DNA of 64,000 nt from an uncultured Planctomycetia bacterium (GCA_964406665.1 CAYOSQ010000009.1:6106-70105), one strand, 5' to 3'; counted from the stretch's first letter, positions 40,011 to 54,875 are shown. Notes: generated by a model from the letters alone, not told the origin. A program made the numbers and translations.

Positions 40011-40214
40011 GGCAATTTTTTATAAGATTCTGCACCTGATTCATTGATTCTTGCAATCTACGACTTATGTTCTGCGGCTTACATAACTGCTGATAAATTA
40101 CTTTCCTGGGTAAAAATTATTTTAAATTCCTGTTGCATTGAGAAACAAAAGGTGTATAATACTTTAAAAACAGCGGAAGAAGAAATTGATCAGTTACTTA
40201 TACGAAACATATTT

Positions 40215-40249
40215 AGACAGCTTGAAAAAGAGCTGTCTTTTCTCTTTTT
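40215..40249 (+). terminator. Terminator-like hairpin in a 5' leader
   Basis: AGACAGCT/AGCTGTCT then TTTCTCTTTTT, downstream of TTGCAT-16-TATAAT (40133-40160). Confidence 0.5.
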
Positions 40250-40260
40250 AAGGAGTGATA

Positions 40261-40425
40261 ATGACTAAATTAAGTATGAATGTAAGCATAAGGAAGGTTC
40301 CTGAGAACCCAAATATGTTTGAATTTACTATTGCCACACCGGTTTTAAGGTCACAATTTCGTCTGCCCAGACCACTGGTGAATAAATTAAGAATATTGAT
40401 GGAGAAGGCTTTAGTCAGCAAGTAG
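40261..40425 (+). CDS. Small hypothetical protein (54 aa), absent from the ORF track
   Basis: AAGGAG RBS; MTKLSMNVSIRKVPENPNMFEFTIATPVLRSQFRLPRPLVNKLRILMEKALVSK; ends 14 nt before the permease. Confidence 0.65.
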   Translation: MTKLSMNVSIRKVPENPNMFEFTIATPVLRSQFRLPRPLVNKLRILMEKALVSK

Positions 40426-40439
40426 AATAAAATTTAATT

Positions 40440-41837
40440 ATGGATAGCAAACATATACCTCAGAAAAGTGTTGCTATAACAATATCAACGATATTGATTG
40501 CTGTATTAGGCGGGCATTTCGGCCTTAACTTCAATCAGATAATCGCATTAGTGGCATTTTCACTTTCAATTTTAGGAACACTTCTTTTCTGGCAGTTCCG
40601 CTTAAGCTTTGCATTCTTGGGTGCGAGTTTGGTTCTGCTTACCCGTGTTACAACCTTAGATAATTTTATTCACCATTCATCAATGGAGATTATTCTCTTT
40701 TTAATTGGAATGATGATAATCGTGGGATTCTTAAAAGAGATTGGGGTGTTTTCCTGGTTTTTACAGCGCGCATTAGTTATGAAGGAAATCAGTGCGAAGA
40801 AATTTTTAGTGTCTTTAGTCTTTTCTTCCGCAATACTTGCCTGTATTATTGATGAAGTTTCCTCAATCTTAATTGTGGTTATGATAATTTTCGAATTTTG
40901 TGACTACTTTGAAATCAACCCCATTCCCTACATCTTAGCAGCGGTACTTGCAACAAATGTGGGTTCTGCCGGAACAGTAATCGGCAACCCTATTGGTTTG
41001 ATGATTGCAGCTAAGGCGCATTTGACTTTTGAAGATTTTATTAAGTATGCATTTCCGCTAATGTTTATGTCTTTATTTGTGGTTAGTGGGTTGCTTTTGG
41101 TGATTTTTAGAAAACACTTACAAGAGCTGGATGAGAAAATGAAAGAGTTCGGCCCAAATGAATTTTTAGTGCGCTTATTGTCAATTCCTCCGGAGAAAAA
41201 CGTAAAGATTGGATTTGTAATCTTTGGCGTTACCTTAGGATTGATAGGTTTTCATCACCGCCTGGAACTTCTCTTAGGGCTTGAAACTAACACAATTTTA
41301 CTTATCGCACCTATGCTTGCCTCGGCGGTTATTATGGTCTGGCGCAGACACAAAGCCAGAGAATATGTTGAAAAGGATGTAGAGTGGTCAACGCTTTTAT
41401 TTTTTATGTTTCTCTTTGCTCAGGCAGGAGTTTTGGCTGATCACGGAGTAGCAGAAATATTTGCTAAGAAGCTTTTGCTGCTGGTATCCCATAATCAGAA
41501 TTTGCTGGTTAGCACAATTTTATTCGGCGGGGCAGTAGTTTCCAGTGCTTTGGATAATGTTGTTGTAGTTGTTGGCTCCATTCCAATATTGCACAGCTTG
41601 GAAGCTATTACACATTCGAACGGTATACTTTGGTGGGCTTTGTTATTTGCAGCTTGTTTTGGCGGCAACATAACAGTAATTGGTTCTACGGCAAATCTTA
41701 TTGCTTTAGGTACACTTGAGAAGCAGAAGAATACGACTATTAGTTTTTTATATTGGTTCAAGATTGGTGCAATAGTTGGTTTGGCGACACTGGTTTTTGT
41801 TTGGGCAGCATTAATATTAATTCCGTATTATAATTAA
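40440..41837 (+). CDS. ArsB/NhaD/SLC13-family ion permease
   Basis: ATNVGSAGTVIGNP, SSALDNV, GGNITVIGSTANL; many TM segments. Confidence 0.85.
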   Translation: MDSKHIPQKSVAITISTILIAVLGGHFGLNFNQIIALVAFSLSILGTLLFWQFRLSFAFLGASLVLLTRVTTLDNFIHHSSMEIILFLIGMMIIVGFLKEIGVFSWFLQRALVMKEISAKKFLVSLVFSSAILACIIDEVSSILIVVMIIFEFCDYFEINPIPYILAAVLATNVGSAGTVIGNPIGLMIAAKAHLTFEDFIKYAFPLMFMSLFVVSGLLLVIFRKHLQELDEKMKEFGPNEFLVRLLSIPPEKNVKIGFVIFGVTLGLIGFHHRLELLLGLETNTILLIAPMLASAVIMVWRRHKAREYVEKDVEWSTLLFFMFLFAQAGVLADHGVAEIFAKKLLLLVSHNQNLLVSTILFGGAVVSSALDNVVVVVGSIPILHSLEAITHSNGILWWALLFAACFGGNITVIGSTANLIALGTLEKQKNTTISFLYWFKIGAIVGLATLVFVWAALILIPYYN

Positions 41838-41914
41838 ATTTTGTTCTATATGTCTTGACTTGTTGTCGAGTTTAGTTATAATAGCTGAAAATATCCTCAC
41901 CTAGATTTTAAACT

Positions 41915-43030
41915 ATGAAGTTGAAAGCAAAGATCGTACTTGAAGACGGAAGAATTTTTAAAGGTTTTTCTTTTGGTGCAACAGGAGAAAGCAAGGGCGA
42001 AGTAGTCTTCAATACTAGTCTCACCGGATATCAAGAAATCCTCACAGATCCATCCTATAAAAGTCAAATAGTCACAATGACTTATCCCTTAATCGGAAAC
42101 TATGGCGTTAATTTAGAAGATGTAGAATCAGCCAAGCCATTTGTGGAAGGTTTTGTAGTTAAAGAGCACAGTCATATTGTTAGCAACTGGCGTTCTCAAA
42201 AAAGCTTAAGCGCTTATCTTAAAGAAAATAATATTATTGGCATTGAAGGCGTTGATACCAGGGCATTAACTAGGCATATCAGGCTGCAGGGTGCAATGAG
42301 GGCAGTGATGTCTACTGAAGATTTGGATGATAAAAGTTTGATTGAGAAGGCAAAGGCCTTTCCCGGATTAGTTGGGGTGGATACAGTAAAAGAAGTAGTT
42401 TGCAAAAAAAGTTATTGTTGGAATCATTCAGAGTTTGGTAAGGGTAGGACAAAGAAGAGAAATAAATTCAAGGTAGTTGTTCTTGATTGCGGGGTTAAGT
42501 TTAATATCTTACGCCATTTGCAGGATTTACTGTGTGAAGTTATTGTTATGCCGGCGAATTCAACTTACGAATCAATTATGAAAGAAAAGCCAAGCGGTAT
42601 GATGTTATCCAATGGCCCCGGAGACCCTGCGGCAGTACCGTATGTTGTAAAAACTGTAAAGAAGCTTTTGGGCAAATTCCCGATTTTTGGAATTTGCCTA
42701 GGACATCAAATGCTGGGTTTGGCCTTAGGTGGGAAGACCTATAAGTTAAAGTTCGGCCACCACGGAGGAAACCAGCCGGTTAAGGATCTTAAAACAGGTA
42801 AGATTGCTATCACAGTCCAAAACCACGGGTTCTGTGTAGATATAGATTCTTTAAGCAAAGATGTAGAGGTTACTCATATTAATTTAAATGATAATACCTT
42901 AGAAGGTATTCGTCATAAAAAGCTGCCGGTATTTTCTGTGCAGTATCACCCGGAAGCAGGCCCCGGGCCACACGATGCAACATATTTGTTTAACACGTTT
43001 GTAGATTTAATGAAAAAGCACAAAAAATAG
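41915..43030 (+). CDS. carA: Carbamoyl-phosphate synthase small subunit
   Basis: [26 protein letters not shown]. Confidence 0.98.
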   Translation: MKLKAKIVLEDGRIFKGFSFGATGESKGEVVFNTSLTGYQEILTDPSYKSQIVTMTYPLIGNYGVNLEDVESAKPFVEGFVVKEHSHIVSNWRSQKSLSAYLKENNIIGIEGVDTRALTRHIRLQGAMRAVMSTEDLDDKSLIEKAKAFPGLVGVDTVKEVVCKKSYCWNHSEFGKGRTKKRNKFKVVVLDCGVKFNILRHLQDLLCEVIVMPANSTYESIMKEKPSGMMLSNGPGDPAAVPYVVKTVKKLLGKFPIFGICLGHQMLGLALGGKTYKLKFGHHGGNQPVKDLKTGKIAITVQNHGFCVDIDSLSKDVEVTHINLNDNTLEGIRHKKLPVFSVQYHPEAGPGPHDATYLFNTFVDLMKKHKK

Positions 43031-43032
43031 AA

Positions 43033-46000
43033 ATGCCTAAGAGAACAGACATACATAAAATTTTAATTATCGGATCAGGTCCAATAGTAATTAGCCAGGC
43101 CTGTGAGTTTGATTACTCCGGTACTCAAGCCTGCAAGGCTTTACGTGAAGAAGGCTTTGAAGTTATTCTGGTTAATTCTAACCCGGCAACAATTATGACA
43201 GACCCGGAAACTGCTGATGCAACTTATATCGAGCCGATTACTCCAGAAGTTGTGGAGAAAATTATCGAGAAAGAACGCCCTGATGCTTTGCTTCCAACCT
43301 TAGGTGGTCAAACAGGTCTTAATACTGCAATGAAGATTGTAGAAAATGGCGTTTTGGAAAAATACAATGTTAAGATGCTCGGTGCGAATTATGACGTAAT
43401 CAAAAAGGCTGAAGACAGAGATGATTTCAAAAAGGCAATGCTTAAGATTGGTTTAGATTTACCTAAAAGTGCTTTAGCCTATAACATGGATGAGGCCCGA
43501 GCTGCTTTAAAAGAAATCGGCTTGCCTGTAATTATCCGGCCCAGTTTTACTTTAGGTGGAACGGGTGGTGGAATCACAACTACAGAAGAAGAGTTTGAGA
43601 AAATAGCCGCGCTGGGCTTAAAGAACAGTATGATCAGCGAAGTTCTAGTTGAAGAATCTATCGTCGGCTGGAAAGAGTATGAGCTTGAAGTAATGCGTGA
43701 TAGAAAAGACAATGTAGTAATTGTCTGTTCCATTGAAAACTTTGATGCAATGGGAATTCATACAGGAGATTCAATTACAGTAGCTCCGGCACAAACCTTA
43801 ACTGACCGGGAATATCAAAAAATGCGTAATGCAGCACTTGAAATTATCCGGGAGATCGGAGTGGAGACTGGAGGTTCCAATATACAGTTTGCAGTTGATC
43901 CTAAAACGGGGAGAATGGTTGTAATTGAGATGAATCCCAGAGTTTCTAGAAGTTCTGCTTTAGCCAGTAAGGCTACAGGATTTCCTATTGCAAAATTTGC
44001 TGCTAAACTTGCCGTGGGTTATACCTTAGATGAAATTCAAAACGATATTACAAAAGAGACACCGGCATCTTTTGAGCCGAGCATTGATTATTGTGTGGTG
44101 AAAATCCCCCGGTTTACTTTTGAGAAGTTTCCTGAGGCAAAAGATATTTTAGGTATTTCCATGAAATCAGTCGGCGAAACAATGGCAATTGGTAGAACTT
44201 TTAAAGAGGCTTTGCAGAAGGGATTGCGCGGTTTAGAAATCGGCCATATAGGATTAGATAATAAATTGGATTTTTCCCAAGTCCCAGATGAAAAAATCAG
44301 GCTTAGACTGAAAGAACCTAATGCCTCAAGAATATTCTATATTAAATATGCTATTCAGAAAGGCTACCGCTTAGAAGAAATATTAAATCTTACCGGGATA
44401 GATCCTTGGTTCATTGAAAATATTCGACAGATAGTGTTGTTAGAAGATGAATTGAAAAGAGAATTTGCCGAGAATAAAAAATTAAGCGTTGAATCTTTAA
44501 GAGAAGCTAAGCAGTGCGGTTTTAGTGATAAGCAGATCGCACAGATAATTAATTCTGATGAATTATCAGTCAGGGCTTTAAGAAAAAAACAGGGGATAGA
44601 GGCAACTTATAAACTGGTTGATACCTGTGCTGCAGAATTTGAGGCATATACGCCTTATTATTATTCTACTTATGAGACAGAAAATGAGACCAGGCCCTCA
44701 GATAAAAAGAAAATAATGATTTTAGGTGGGGGGCCAAACAGAATAGGTCAGGGAATAGAGTTTGATTATTGCTGCTGTCATGCATCTTTTGCACTTAAAG
44801 AGTTAGATTTTGAAACTATTATGGTTAACTCCAATCCGGAGACAGTTTCTACGGATTATGACACATCGGATAAATTATATTTTGAGCCGCTTACATTTGA
44901 AGACGTAATGAATATTATTGATAAAGAAAAACCAGACGGAGTTATTGTTCAGTTTGGCGGACAAACCCCGCTGAACTTGGCTCAGCAGTTAGAAAAGGCT
45001 GGTGCACCAATAATAGGTACTAGTGTAAAATCAATTGATATGGCTGAGAACAGAGATAAGTTTTCTCGGGTTGTTAAAAAATTAAAGATTTATCAGCCAG
45101 ATAATGGTTCAGCAAAATCTGAGGAAGAGGCCAAGAAAATTGCTCGCAAGATTGGCTATCCGATATTAGTCAGGCCTTCTTATGTCTTAGGCGGAAGAGC
45201 AATGCGCATTGTTTATACCGAAGGCGAATTGGAAACGTTTATCCACGAAGCACAAGAAGCTTCTGAGGAACATCCTATTCTTATTGATAAGTTTTTAGAA
45301 GATGCGGTTGAAGTGGATGTAGATGCTGTTTCAGATGGCAAGAAAACAATTATTGGCGGGATAATGGAACATATTGAAGGAGCGGGAATTCACTCTGGAG
45401 ATTCTGCCTGTGTATTACCCCCGCATACTTTAAGTGATGAAATTATAGAGAAAATTAGAAATCATACTTATGCATTATCCCGAGAACTTAAAGTTAAAGG
45501 TTTATTGAATATTCAGTTTGCTGTTAAGGGTGATGATGTTTATGTTTTAGAGGTTAACCCCCGGGCTTCCAGAACAGCTCCTTTTGTGAGCAAGGCTACA
45601 GATGTTCCTTTGGCTAAGATTGCGGCAAAAGTAATGGCGGGAAAATCTCTGGAATCTTTAGGAATTATAAAAGAAAAAGAAGTCTCTCATGTATCTGTTA
45701 AAGAATCAGTATTGCCATTTTCCAGATTTTCCGGCGTAGATATAATTTTAGGGCCGGAGATGAAATCTACGGGAGAAGTTATGGGAGTGGATAATTCTTT
45801 TGGAATGGCATTTTATAAAGCACAGGTGGCTGCCGGACAGATGTTGCCGGATAAGGGCAAAATATTTATAAGTGTAAAAAATGACGATAAGAGAGATATT
45901 ATTTTTATCGCGAAGAAACTTTTTGATTTAGGGTTTGAGATTGTATCCACTAAGGGAACTTCTAAGGTGCTTCAGTCAAACAGTATTGAAACAACCACTG

Positions 46001-46257
46001 TGGGTAAGATTGGTGAAGGCAAAGAAAGTATTCTAGACCTTTTAAAAAGAGATGAAATAAAACTCATTATCAATACTCCATCAGGTCGGCGTGGTCAATC
46101 GGATATGCGTCCGATAAGAAGCTTGGCTGTTTTACACGGGGTACCCAGCATTACCACTATTCAGGGAGCCCAGGCTGCGGTTAATGGAATTGAAGCTATG
46201 ACCAAAGGAGATTTCAAGGTTAAATCGATTCAGGAATTTGCACAGGCTAGTCTTTAA
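43033..46257 (+). CDS. carB: Carbamoyl-phosphate synthase large subunit, copy 1
   Basis: [35 protein letters not shown], second ATP-grasp, MGS domain. Confidence 0.98.
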   Translation: MPKRTDIHKILIIGSGPIVISQACEFDYSGTQACKALREEGFEVILVNSNPATIMTDPETADATYIEPITPEVVEKIIEKERPDALLPTLGGQTGLNTAMKIVENGVLEKYNVKMLGANYDVIKKAEDRDDFKKAMLKIGLDLPKSALAYNMDEARAALKEIGLPVIIRPSFTLGGTGGGITTTEEEFEKIAALGLKNSMISEVLVEESIVGWKEYELEVMRDRKDNVVIVCSIENFDAMGIHTGDSITVAPAQTLTDREYQKMRNAALEIIREIGVETGGSNIQFAVDPKTGRMVVIEMNPRVSRSSALASKATGFPIAKFAAKLAVGYTLDEIQNDITKETPASFEPSIDYCVVKIPRFTFEKFPEAKDILGISMKSVGETMAIGRTFKEALQKGLRGLEIGHIGLDNKLDFSQVPDEKIRLRLKEPNASRIFYIKYAIQKGYRLEEILNLTGIDPWFIENIRQIVLLEDELKREFAENKKLSVESLREAKQCGFSDKQIAQIINSDELSVRALRKKQGIEATYKLVDTCAAEFEAYTPYYYSTYETENETRPSDKKKIMILGGGPNRIGQGIEFDYCCCHASFALKELDFETIMVNSNPETVSTDYDTSDKLYFEPLTFEDVMNIIDKEKPDGVIVQFGGQTPLNLAQQLEKAGAPIIGTSVKSIDMAENRDKFSRVVKKLKIYQPDNGSAKSEEEAKKIARKIGYPILVRPSYVLGGRAMRIVYTEGELETFIHEAQEASEEHPILIDKFLEDAVEVDVDAVSDGKKTIIGGIMEHIEGAGIHSGDSACVLPPHTLSDEIIEKIRNHTYALSRELKVKGLLNIQFAVKGDDVYVLEVNPRASRTAPFVSKATDVPLAKIAAKVMAGKSLESLGIIKEKEVSHVSVKESVLPFSRFSGVDIILGPEMKSTGEVMGVDNSFGMAFYKAQVAAGQMLPDKGKIFISVKNDDKRDIIFIAKKLFDLGFEIVSTKGTSKVLQSNSIETTTVGKIGEGKESILDLLKRDEIKLIINTPSGRRGQSDMRPIRSLAVLHGVPSITTIQGAQAAVNGIEAMTKGDFKVKSIQEFAQASL

Positions 46258-46290
46258 ATTTTTTAAATCATTTTAAATAAGGAGAGGTAA

Positions 46291-49200
46291 ATGCCAAGAA
46301 GAGACGACATCCATAAAATATTAATTATTGGTTCAGGTCCAATCATTATTGGACAAGCTTGTGAGTTTGATTATTCTGGAACTCAAGCCTGCAGGGCATT
46401 AAAAGAAGAAGGCTATGAAGTAGTTCTGGTTAATTCAAATCCTGCAACCATTATGACAGATCCAGAAACGGCTGATAAAACATATATTGAACCTCTTACA
46501 GTGGAAAGCATAGAAAAGATTATTGCTAAGGAAAAGCCTGATGGCTTACTTCCGAATTTAGGTGGACAAACAGGATTGAATTTAACTTCAAGTCTTCATA
46601 AAGCCGGAATACTTAAAAAATATAATGTTGAGATTATTGGCGTTAAAGCAGATGCCATTGAACGCGGGGAAGACCGCATTGCGTTTAAAGAAGCAATGAA
46701 TAAGCTTAGTATAGAGATGCCTAGATCTGAGCCGTCTCATTCTGTAGAAGAAGCCGAAGCTATTGCTGAGCGCATAGGGTTTCCTGTTGTATTAAGACCT
46801 GCTTATACTATGGGTGGTACCGGCGGAGGGATAGCTTATAATGTTGAGGAGTTAAGAGTTATTGTTGCCCGAGGGCTTGCGGTAAGTTTAGTGCATCAAG
46901 TATTGGTTGAAGAATCGGTTACTGGCTGGGAAGAGCTTGAGCTTGAAGTTGTAAGGGATGAAAAAAATCAGAAGATCACGGTTTGCTTTATTGAAAATAT
47001 TGATGCGATGGGTGTACACACCGGAGATAGTTTTTGCTCAGCTCCGATGCTTACAGTCCCGGAACCATTACAAAAACGTATGCAGGAATATTCTTATAAA
47101 ATTGTCGATGCTATTGGTGTAGTGGGGGGAACCAATATTCAATTTGCCCATAATTTAGAAGATGACAGGTTGGTAGTTATTGAAATCAATCCTAGAACAT
47201 CACGCTCTTCAGCGCTGGCATCTAAGGCTACAGGTTTTCCTATTGCGAGAATTTCCACAAAGTTGGCAGCAGGTAGAACAATGGATGAAATTCCCTATTG
47301 GAAAGAAGGGACCTTAGAAAAATACGAGCCCAGCGGAGATTATGTAGTAATTAAATTTGCCAGATGGGCATTTGAAAAATTCCCTCAGGCAAAAGATATT
47401 TTAGGTACTCAGATGAGAGCTGTGGGGGAAGTAATGAGCATTGGTAAGACCTTCAAAGAGTCATTTCATAAAGCGATTCGCTCTTTGGAAACAAAGCGCT
47501 ACGGCTTAGGCTGGGTAAAAAACTTCAGAGATCTTTCTCTTGATGAGCTGAAGAAAAAATTAGCTCATCCATCTAGCGAGCGAATATTTTTGCTTTATGA
47601 GGCACTGCGTAAAGGTGCAGACATAGAAGATATGTATAAATTAACCTATATCGGCAGATGGTTTATCAATGAGATAAAAGAATTGGCTGAATATGAAAAT
47701 GAGATGCTCAAATGTGATTGGAATACCCTTTCTGATAAAATGTTGACCAAGGCAAAAGAATGGGGTTTTTCTGATAGATATTTAGCTAAGCTGTTTGATG
47801 TGAAAGAAAAAGAAGTGAGAGTTAGAAGAATTGCGATTGGTAAGCACGGCCGATTTGAAGCAGTGCCGGTAAGTGGCGTAGAAAATGCAGCTTATTATTA
47901 TTCTACTTATATTGGGGAAGATGTAGTTCCGGTATCTCAAAATAAAAAGATAATGATTTTAGGCGGTGGCCCTAACAGGATTGGCCAGGGTATTGAATTT
48001 GATTATACTTGTGTTCATGCTGCCTTTGCATTAAGAGAAGAAGGATTTGAATCCATAATGGTTAATTGTAATCCTGAAACAGTCTCAACTGATTACGATA
48101 CATCGAATAAACTTTATTTTGAACCTTTGACTGTTGAAGACGTATTAACTATTTATGAGAAAGAAAAACCTGAGGGGGTTATTGTTCAGTTTGGTGGTCA
48201 GACACCATTGAATATTGCTCAGGAATTAAAAGAAAATGGTGTGAAGATTTTGGGAACTTCACCTGAGAGTATACATTTAGCAGAAGACAGGGAACGTTTT
48301 CGCGATAAGATGATCGCATTAAATATTCCTCAGCCGGAAAGTGGTACTGCCAGAACTTTGGACGAGGCTTTAGAGATCGGTAAGAGAATCGGATATCCTT
48401 TAATGGTTAGACCTTCTTTTGTTCTTGGTGGACGAGGCATGGAAATTATTTACGAAGAAGAATCCCTAAAGCATTATGCTCTTGAGGCAATTCAGGTGAG
48501 CCCTGAACATCCTATGCTTATTGATAGATTTTTAGAGCAGGCCATTGAGGCAGAAGTAGATGCTTTATGCGATGGAGAAAATACTTATGTTGCTGCGATA
48601 ATGGAACACATTGAGCTGGCGGGTGTTCACTCAGGTGATTCTGCATGTGCAATTCCCACAAGGACGATTCCAGAGAAGCATCTTAAGACAATTAAAGAAT
48701 ATACCAAAAAGATTGCAAAAGAATTGAAGGTAGTTGGTTTGACGAATATCCAATATGCAATATGTGATGATAAGGTATATATTCTTGAAGCAAATCCTCG
48801 GGCTTCCCGAACTGTTCCGGTGGTTTCTAAGATGCGGGGTATTCCTATAGCTCATATAGCTACTCAGCTGATGTTGGGTAAAAAACTCAAGGATTTTCCA
48901 ATACTCAAAGACCAAAAATTAACTTATTTTGGTGTTAAGGAAGCAGTATTTCCTTTTAATATGTTTCCAGAAGTAGATCCTCTCTTAGGGCCTGAGATGA
49001 AGGCAACCGGAGAGGTTATGGGTATTGCGGATTCTTTTGGTATGGCATTTTATAAGGCCGAAGCAGCAGCAGGTTTGGAACTTCCTTTAAAGGGAAGTGT
49101 GCTTTTAACCGTTGCGGATAAGGATAAAACTCAGCTGTTAAAAATTGCTAAAAGGATTATTAAATTAGGTTTTAATATTTTGTCAACTGAAGGTACGAAT

Positions 49201-49494
49201 AAATTGCTAAAAGAAAATAAAATAGAATCTGATTTAATCAAGAAGTTACACGAAGGAAGACCCAATATTCTTGATACGATTAAGAATAAGGGAATAAATA
49301 TGATTATCAATACTCCTATTGGAAAAAATAGCAAATTCGATGATAGCTATATACGCATAGCTGCAATTCAACATAAGATTCCCTACATTACAACTTTAGC
49401 AGCTGCTCAGGCAAGTATTGAAGGCATCGAGGCTGCTAAGAAAAAAGCAGTAGTTCCTGTTTCGCTTCAGGATTATTACAAGAACAAAAAATAA
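46291..49494 (+). CDS. carB: Carbamoyl-phosphate synthase large subunit, copy 2 (divergent)
   Basis: [47 protein letters not shown] domain. Confidence 0.97.
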   Translation: MPRRDDIHKILIIGSGPIIIGQACEFDYSGTQACRALKEEGYEVVLVNSNPATIMTDPETADKTYIEPLTVESIEKIIAKEKPDGLLPNLGGQTGLNLTSSLHKAGILKKYNVEIIGVKADAIERGEDRIAFKEAMNKLSIEMPRSEPSHSVEEAEAIAERIGFPVVLRPAYTMGGTGGGIAYNVEELRVIVARGLAVSLVHQVLVEESVTGWEELELEVVRDEKNQKITVCFIENIDAMGVHTGDSFCSAPMLTVPEPLQKRMQEYSYKIVDAIGVVGGTNIQFAHNLEDDRLVVIEINPRTSRSSALASKATGFPIARISTKLAAGRTMDEIPYWKEGTLEKYEPSGDYVVIKFARWAFEKFPQAKDILGTQMRAVGEVMSIGKTFKESFHKAIRSLETKRYGLGWVKNFRDLSLDELKKKLAHPSSERIFLLYEALRKGADIEDMYKLTYIGRWFINEIKELAEYENEMLKCDWNTLSDKMLTKAKEWGFSDRYLAKLFDVKEKEVRVRRIAIGKHGRFEAVPVSGVENAAYYYSTYIGEDVVPVSQNKKIMILGGGPNRIGQGIEFDYTCVHAAFALREEGFESIMVNCNPETVSTDYDTSNKLYFEPLTVEDVLTIYEKEKPEGVIVQFGGQTPLNIAQELKENGVKILGTSPESIHLAEDRERFRDKMIALNIPQPESGTARTLDEALEIGKRIGYPLMVRPSFVLGGRGMEIIYEEESLKHYALEAIQVSPEHPMLIDRFLEQAIEAEVDALCDGENTYVAAIMEHIELAGVHSGDSACAIPTRTIPEKHLKTIKEYTKKIAKELKVVGLTNIQYAICDDKVYILEANPRASRTVPVVSKMRGIPIAHIATQLMLGKKLKDFPILKDQKLTYFGVKEAVFPFNMFPEVDPLLGPEMKATGEVMGIADSFGMAFYKAEAAAGLELPLKGSVLLTVADKDKTQLLKIAKRIIKLGFNILSTEGTNKLLKENKIESDLIKKLHEGRPNILDTIKNKGINMIINTPIGKNSKFDDSYIRIAAIQHKIPYITTLAAAQASIEGIEAAKKKAVVPVSLQDYYKNKK

Positions 49495-49517
49495 ATTTCA
49501 AAAAAGAGGAATTGATT

Positions 49518-51035
49518 ATGGTAAAAAAAGTTGGCTTTGATAATGAAAAATATTTAAAAGAACAGACCGCTGCAATTTTAGAGAGAACTGAAATGTATGG
49601 CAATAAGCTGTATCTCGAATTCGGCGGGAAACTCCTTTTTGATTATCACGCTTCTCGAGTATTACCAGGGTTTGATCCCAACGTTAAGATGCGCCTACTG
49701 CAGAAACTTAAAGATAAAGCAGATATTATTCTTTGTATCTATGCAGGTGATATCGAGAGACGAAAAGTAAGAGCTGATTTTGGCATTACCTATGATGTCG
49801 ATGCCTTAAAACTGATAGATGATTTAAAAGAATGGGGTTTAAGTATTCGTGCGGTGGTAATAACTCGCTTCGACAATCAACCTGCGGCTAAAATATTCAA
49901 AAATAAGTTAGAGCGTCGAAAAATCAAAGTTTATACGCATAAGTTTACTAAGGGATACCCTTCTGATATAGATACCATCGTAAGCGATGAAGGTTATGGA
50001 ACAAATGCATATATTGAAACGAAAAAACCCTTGGTTGTGGTTACTGCACCAGGGCCGGGAAGTGGAAAGTTGGCAACCTGTCTTTCGCAGCTTTATCATG
50101 ATTACAAAAAAGGTAATAAGTCCGGATATTCTAAATTTGAGACTTTTCCAATTTGGAATATACCTTTAAAGCATCCAGTTAATATCGCTTATGAGGCAGC
50201 AACCGCAGATTTAAGGGATTTCAATCTTATTGATCCATTTCATTTAGAAACTTACGGTGAGACGGCAATTAATTATAACCGAGATGTGGAAGTATTTCCT
50301 GTATTAAAAAGAATACTTGAGAAGATAACTGGGGCAGAATCTGATTTTCAGTCTCCTACTGATATGGGTTGTAATAGAGCAGGTTTCGGCATTATTGATG
50401 ATGATGCAGTAAAAGTGGCAGCGAGACAAGAAATAATCAGACGTTATTTTAGATACAGCTGTGAGTATGTTCTTGGTTTTGTAGATAAGGAAACTGTGGA
50501 AAGAGTTGAGCTTATTATGGAACAGATAGGTATGAAACCGAAGGACAGGGTTGTTGTTGATCATGCCAAAAAGGCAGCTGCAGAAGCTCAAAAGAAAGGC
50601 ACGGGTAACGAAGGGATATATTGCGGTGCTGCTATAGAGCTTCGTGATGGTTCTATAGTTACTGGTAAGAATTCTCCGCTTATGCACGCAACCCCAAGTT
50701 TAATTATAAATGCAATAAAGGTGTTAGCAGAAATCCCAGACAAAATACATTTATTGTCACCGGCAATAATACAATCAATCGGTAAGCTTAAAAAAACCAT
50801 GTCGAAGAAGACAGTGGTAAGCTTAGATTTAGAAGAAGCCCTTATAGCATTGAGCATAAGCGCAGCTACCAATCCAACATCGAAGTTGGCTATGGAAAAA
50901 CTGCAGGAGTTACAAGGTTGCGAAGTTCATGTAACTCATATTCCTACCCCTGGCGACGAGGCCGGATTAAGGAAGTTGGGAGTTAATTTGACCAGCGAAC
51001 CTGATTTTTCTAGTAGTAATCTTTTTGTAGCGTAA
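49518..51035 (+). CDS. DUF1846 (UPF0371) family protein
   Basis: [42 protein letters not shown]. Confidence 0.9.
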   Translation: MVKKVGFDNEKYLKEQTAAILERTEMYGNKLYLEFGGKLLFDYHASRVLPGFDPNVKMRLLQKLKDKADIILCIYAGDIERRKVRADFGITYDVDALKLIDDLKEWGLSIRAVVITRFDNQPAAKIFKNKLERRKIKVYTHKFTKGYPSDIDTIVSDEGYGTNAYIETKKPLVVVTAPGPGSGKLATCLSQLYHDYKKGNKSGYSKFETFPIWNIPLKHPVNIAYEAATADLRDFNLIDPFHLETYGETAINYNRDVEVFPVLKRILEKITGAESDFQSPTDMGCNRAGFGIIDDDAVKVAARQEIIRRYFRYSCEYVLGFVDKETVERVELIMEQIGMKPKDRVVVDHAKKAAAEAQKKGTGNEGIYCGAAIELRDGSIVTGKNSPLMHATPSLIINAIKVLAEIPDKIHLLSPAIIQSIGKLKKTMSKKTVVSLDLEEALIALSISAATNPTSKLAMEKLQELQGCEVHVTHIPTPGDEAGLRKLGVNLTSEPDFSSSNLFVA

Positions 51036-51054
51036 AATATAATATAAGAGGTGA

Positions 51055-52668
<1,614 letters not shown>

Positions 52669-52710
52669 TCTTTCCTTCGACCCCTGAGAAGACTTATTAT
52701 AAAATTATCT

Positions 52711-54114
52711 ATGTTTAAAAAAATCATAAACAAGATTTTGTCTTGGCGAAAAAAAGAAGTTGTCAACGGACCAATACTTCCCACTATTTTCCAACTAGCT
52801 TTCCCTCTAATGATCAGTTCTGCATTACACACTACCCAAAGCCTTGTAGATATGTTTTGGGTTGGCCGTCTTGGTTCTGCACCTATTGCTGCCGTCGGAA
52901 TAAGCGGAACAATAATCATGATATTGATAACGCTGATCTTTGGCGTATCTTCAGGAACCGTTGCCTTAGTTTCGCAGAATATTGGTGCGAAGAAACATTC
53001 TCAAGCCGGTCAAGTTGCTATGCATTCTTTACTATTGGCTGCTTTAGGGTCTCTTGTTGTTGCAATAATCGGAATTATATTCGCCAAGAAACTTCTTCTG
53101 ATTTTAGGTGCAAGTGAAGAAGTTGTTACAGTAGGAACAAGTTATCTTAGAATAATTCTTTCCGGTGGGATGATAATGTTTGTATTGTTTTTATCGAACT
53201 CTATACTTTTAGGTTCCGGCGATATGATTATTCCGATGATAGTAATGGTTATTGCAAATATTCTTAATATTGTGTTAGATCCTTTATTTATTTTTGGTAT
53301 TGGTTTTCCTAAGATGGGTACAGCTGGAGCTGCTTTAGCCTCTGTGATATCGCAATTTATTTCTTGTTGTATTGTGCTTTTTGTTTTGTTTAAAGGATAT
53401 TCTAATGTACGTATTCGTCTTTCTGAATTTTCATTTCAACCGAAGATCATAGTTGAAACATTAAAGATAGGCATACCTAGTTCTTTGCAGATGTTTTTTA
53501 GAAGTACTATGATGATAGTAATAATGTCTATCGTTGCAGGTTTTGGTACGTTTGCCTTGGCTGCTTATAGCATAGGGCTTAGGGTGCAGATGGTTATATT
53601 GATGCCTTCATTTGCTTTAGGGTCAACTGCGGCAACATTAGTTGGTCAGAATATCGGGGCAAGGCAGTTTAGAAAAGCACAAAAAAGTGCACTTGCCTCA
53701 GTTAGCCTGGATTTAATTTTTATGATTGTTTTAGGCATTTTATTCTTTGTATTTGCCGAGAACATAATTAGTTTCTTCGATAAAACTCCTGAGGTTATTG
53801 CCATAGGAAAAACTTATTTTAGAATAACCGCATTATTCTATAGCTTTATTGCATTCGGTGTTGTGCTTAATCGTGCGTTGGTGGGTGCCGGAGATACAGT
53901 TGTTCCTATGATTATTACTTTTGTTTCTCTCTGGGTAGTGCAAATCCCGCTTGCAATCTATTTATCAAAGCATACTGCTTTGGGTCTAAATGGTGTGTGG
54001 TGGGCTGTAGTTGTTTCCTATATTGCAAACGGATTGTGCATCTTGTTATGGTTTTTAACTGGCCATTGGAAAAAGAAGCATTTAGCTAAAGAAGACTTAA
54101 GCATTGTAAAGTGA
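52711..54114 (+). CDS. MATE family efflux transporter
   Basis: VDMFWVGRLG, NIVLDPLFIFG, GAALAS, LVGQNIGA. Confidence 0.93.
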   Translation: MFKKIINKILSWRKKEVVNGPILPTIFQLAFPLMISSALHTTQSLVDMFWVGRLGSAPIAAVGISGTIIMILITLIFGVSSGTVALVSQNIGAKKHSQAGQVAMHSLLLAALGSLVVAIIGIIFAKKLLLILGASEEVVTVGTSYLRIILSGGMIMFVLFLSNSILLGSGDMIIPMIVMVIANILNIVLDPLFIFGIGFPKMGTAGAALASVISQFISCCIVLFVLFKGYSNVRIRLSEFSFQPKIIVETLKIGIPSSLQMFFRSTMMIVIMSIVAGFGTFALAAYSIGLRVQMVILMPSFALGSTAATLVGQNIGARQFRKAQKSALASVSLDLIFMIVLGILFFVFAENIISFFDKTPEVIAIGKTYFRITALFYSFIAFGVVLNRALVGAGDTVVPMIITFVSLWVVQIPLAIYLSKHTALGLNGVWWAVVVSYIANGLCILLWFLTGHWKKKHLAKEDLSIVK

Positions 54115-54115
54115 A

Positions 54116-54334
54116 ATGATAGTAAGTGTAAAAGTTATAGCCAATGCAAAAAAAGAAATGGTTAAAGAAGAAGCAGGGGTTTTAAAGGCATATGTTAAGG
54201 TACCGGCAGTCGAGGGAAAAGCTAATAAAGCACTTATTGAATTATTATCAAAGCATTTTAAAGTTAGCAAGAAATCAATTTCTATCCAAAGAGGAAGTAA
54301 ATCCCGCCAGAAAACAATCTCAATAATATATTAA
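54116..54334 (+). CDS. DUF167 (YggU-like) protein
   Basis: PAVEGKANKALIELLSKHF, GSKSRQK. Confidence 0.88.
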   Translation: MIVSVKVIANAKKEMVKEEAGVLKAYVKVPAVEGKANKALIELLSKHFKVSKKSISIQRGSKSRQKTISIIY

Positions 54335-54352
54335 AGATATTCTTGAAAACAA

Positions 54353-54398
54353 TTGACAATAATATAAGCTAGTGTTACGATTATTGATATCGTAACAC
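54353..54398 (+). promoter_or_regulatory. nikR promoter with NikR operator
   Basis: TTGACA 54353-54358, TACGAT 54376-54381; GTGTTAC-N13-GTAACAC palindrome 54372-54398. Confidence 0.8.
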
Positions 54399-54407
54399 CA
54401 TGAAATT

Positions 54408-54821
54408 ATGAAAAAACTAACACGATTTAGCATATCTTTAGAGCAGGACTTATTAAATAAGTTTGATAATCTTATAAAACAAGAAAAGTATTCCAATCGT
54501 TCTGAAGCCTTCCGGGATTTGATTAGAGATAAGTTGGTTAAATCTGACTGGCACAAAGGAAAAAAGGTTGCCGGGGCCATAACTCTTATTTATGATCATC
54601 ACAGAAGAGAATTAATACATAAATTGATGGAAATACAGCATGATTTTCAAGAATTAGTTGTTTCTACTCAGCACATACACTTAGATCATCATAATTGTTT
54701 TGAAATAATCGCTGTAAAAGGAAATGCTCGTGACGTTAAGAAATTAAGTGATAGCCTAAAATCTGTTAAAGGTGTAAAGCATGCTGCATTAAGTATGTCC
54801 AGCACGGGTAAAGATATATAA
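54408..54821 (+). CDS. nikR: Nickel-responsive regulator
   Basis: RFSISL ribbon, YSNRSEAFRDLIR, QH..HIHLDHHNC. Confidence 0.96.
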   Translation: MKKLTRFSISLEQDLLNKFDNLIKQEKYSNRSEAFRDLIRDKLVKSDWHKGKKVAGAITLIYDHHRRELIHKLMEIQHDFQELVVSTQHIHLDHHNCFEIIAVKGNARDVKKLSDSLKSVKGVKHAALSMSSTGKDI

Positions 54822-54875
54822 TTTTAAATATAATCCGAATAAAATAATAACCATTAAAACTGCAACGCAACCGAA

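Noticed and set aside
40044-40268. 74-aa plus-strand ORF
   Set aside because: TTG start without RBS; spans the promoter and terminator; the 40261-40425 ORF has a good RBS
43033-49494. Tandem carB as an assembly duplication or pseudogene
   Set aside because: The copies differ throughout and both frames are intact
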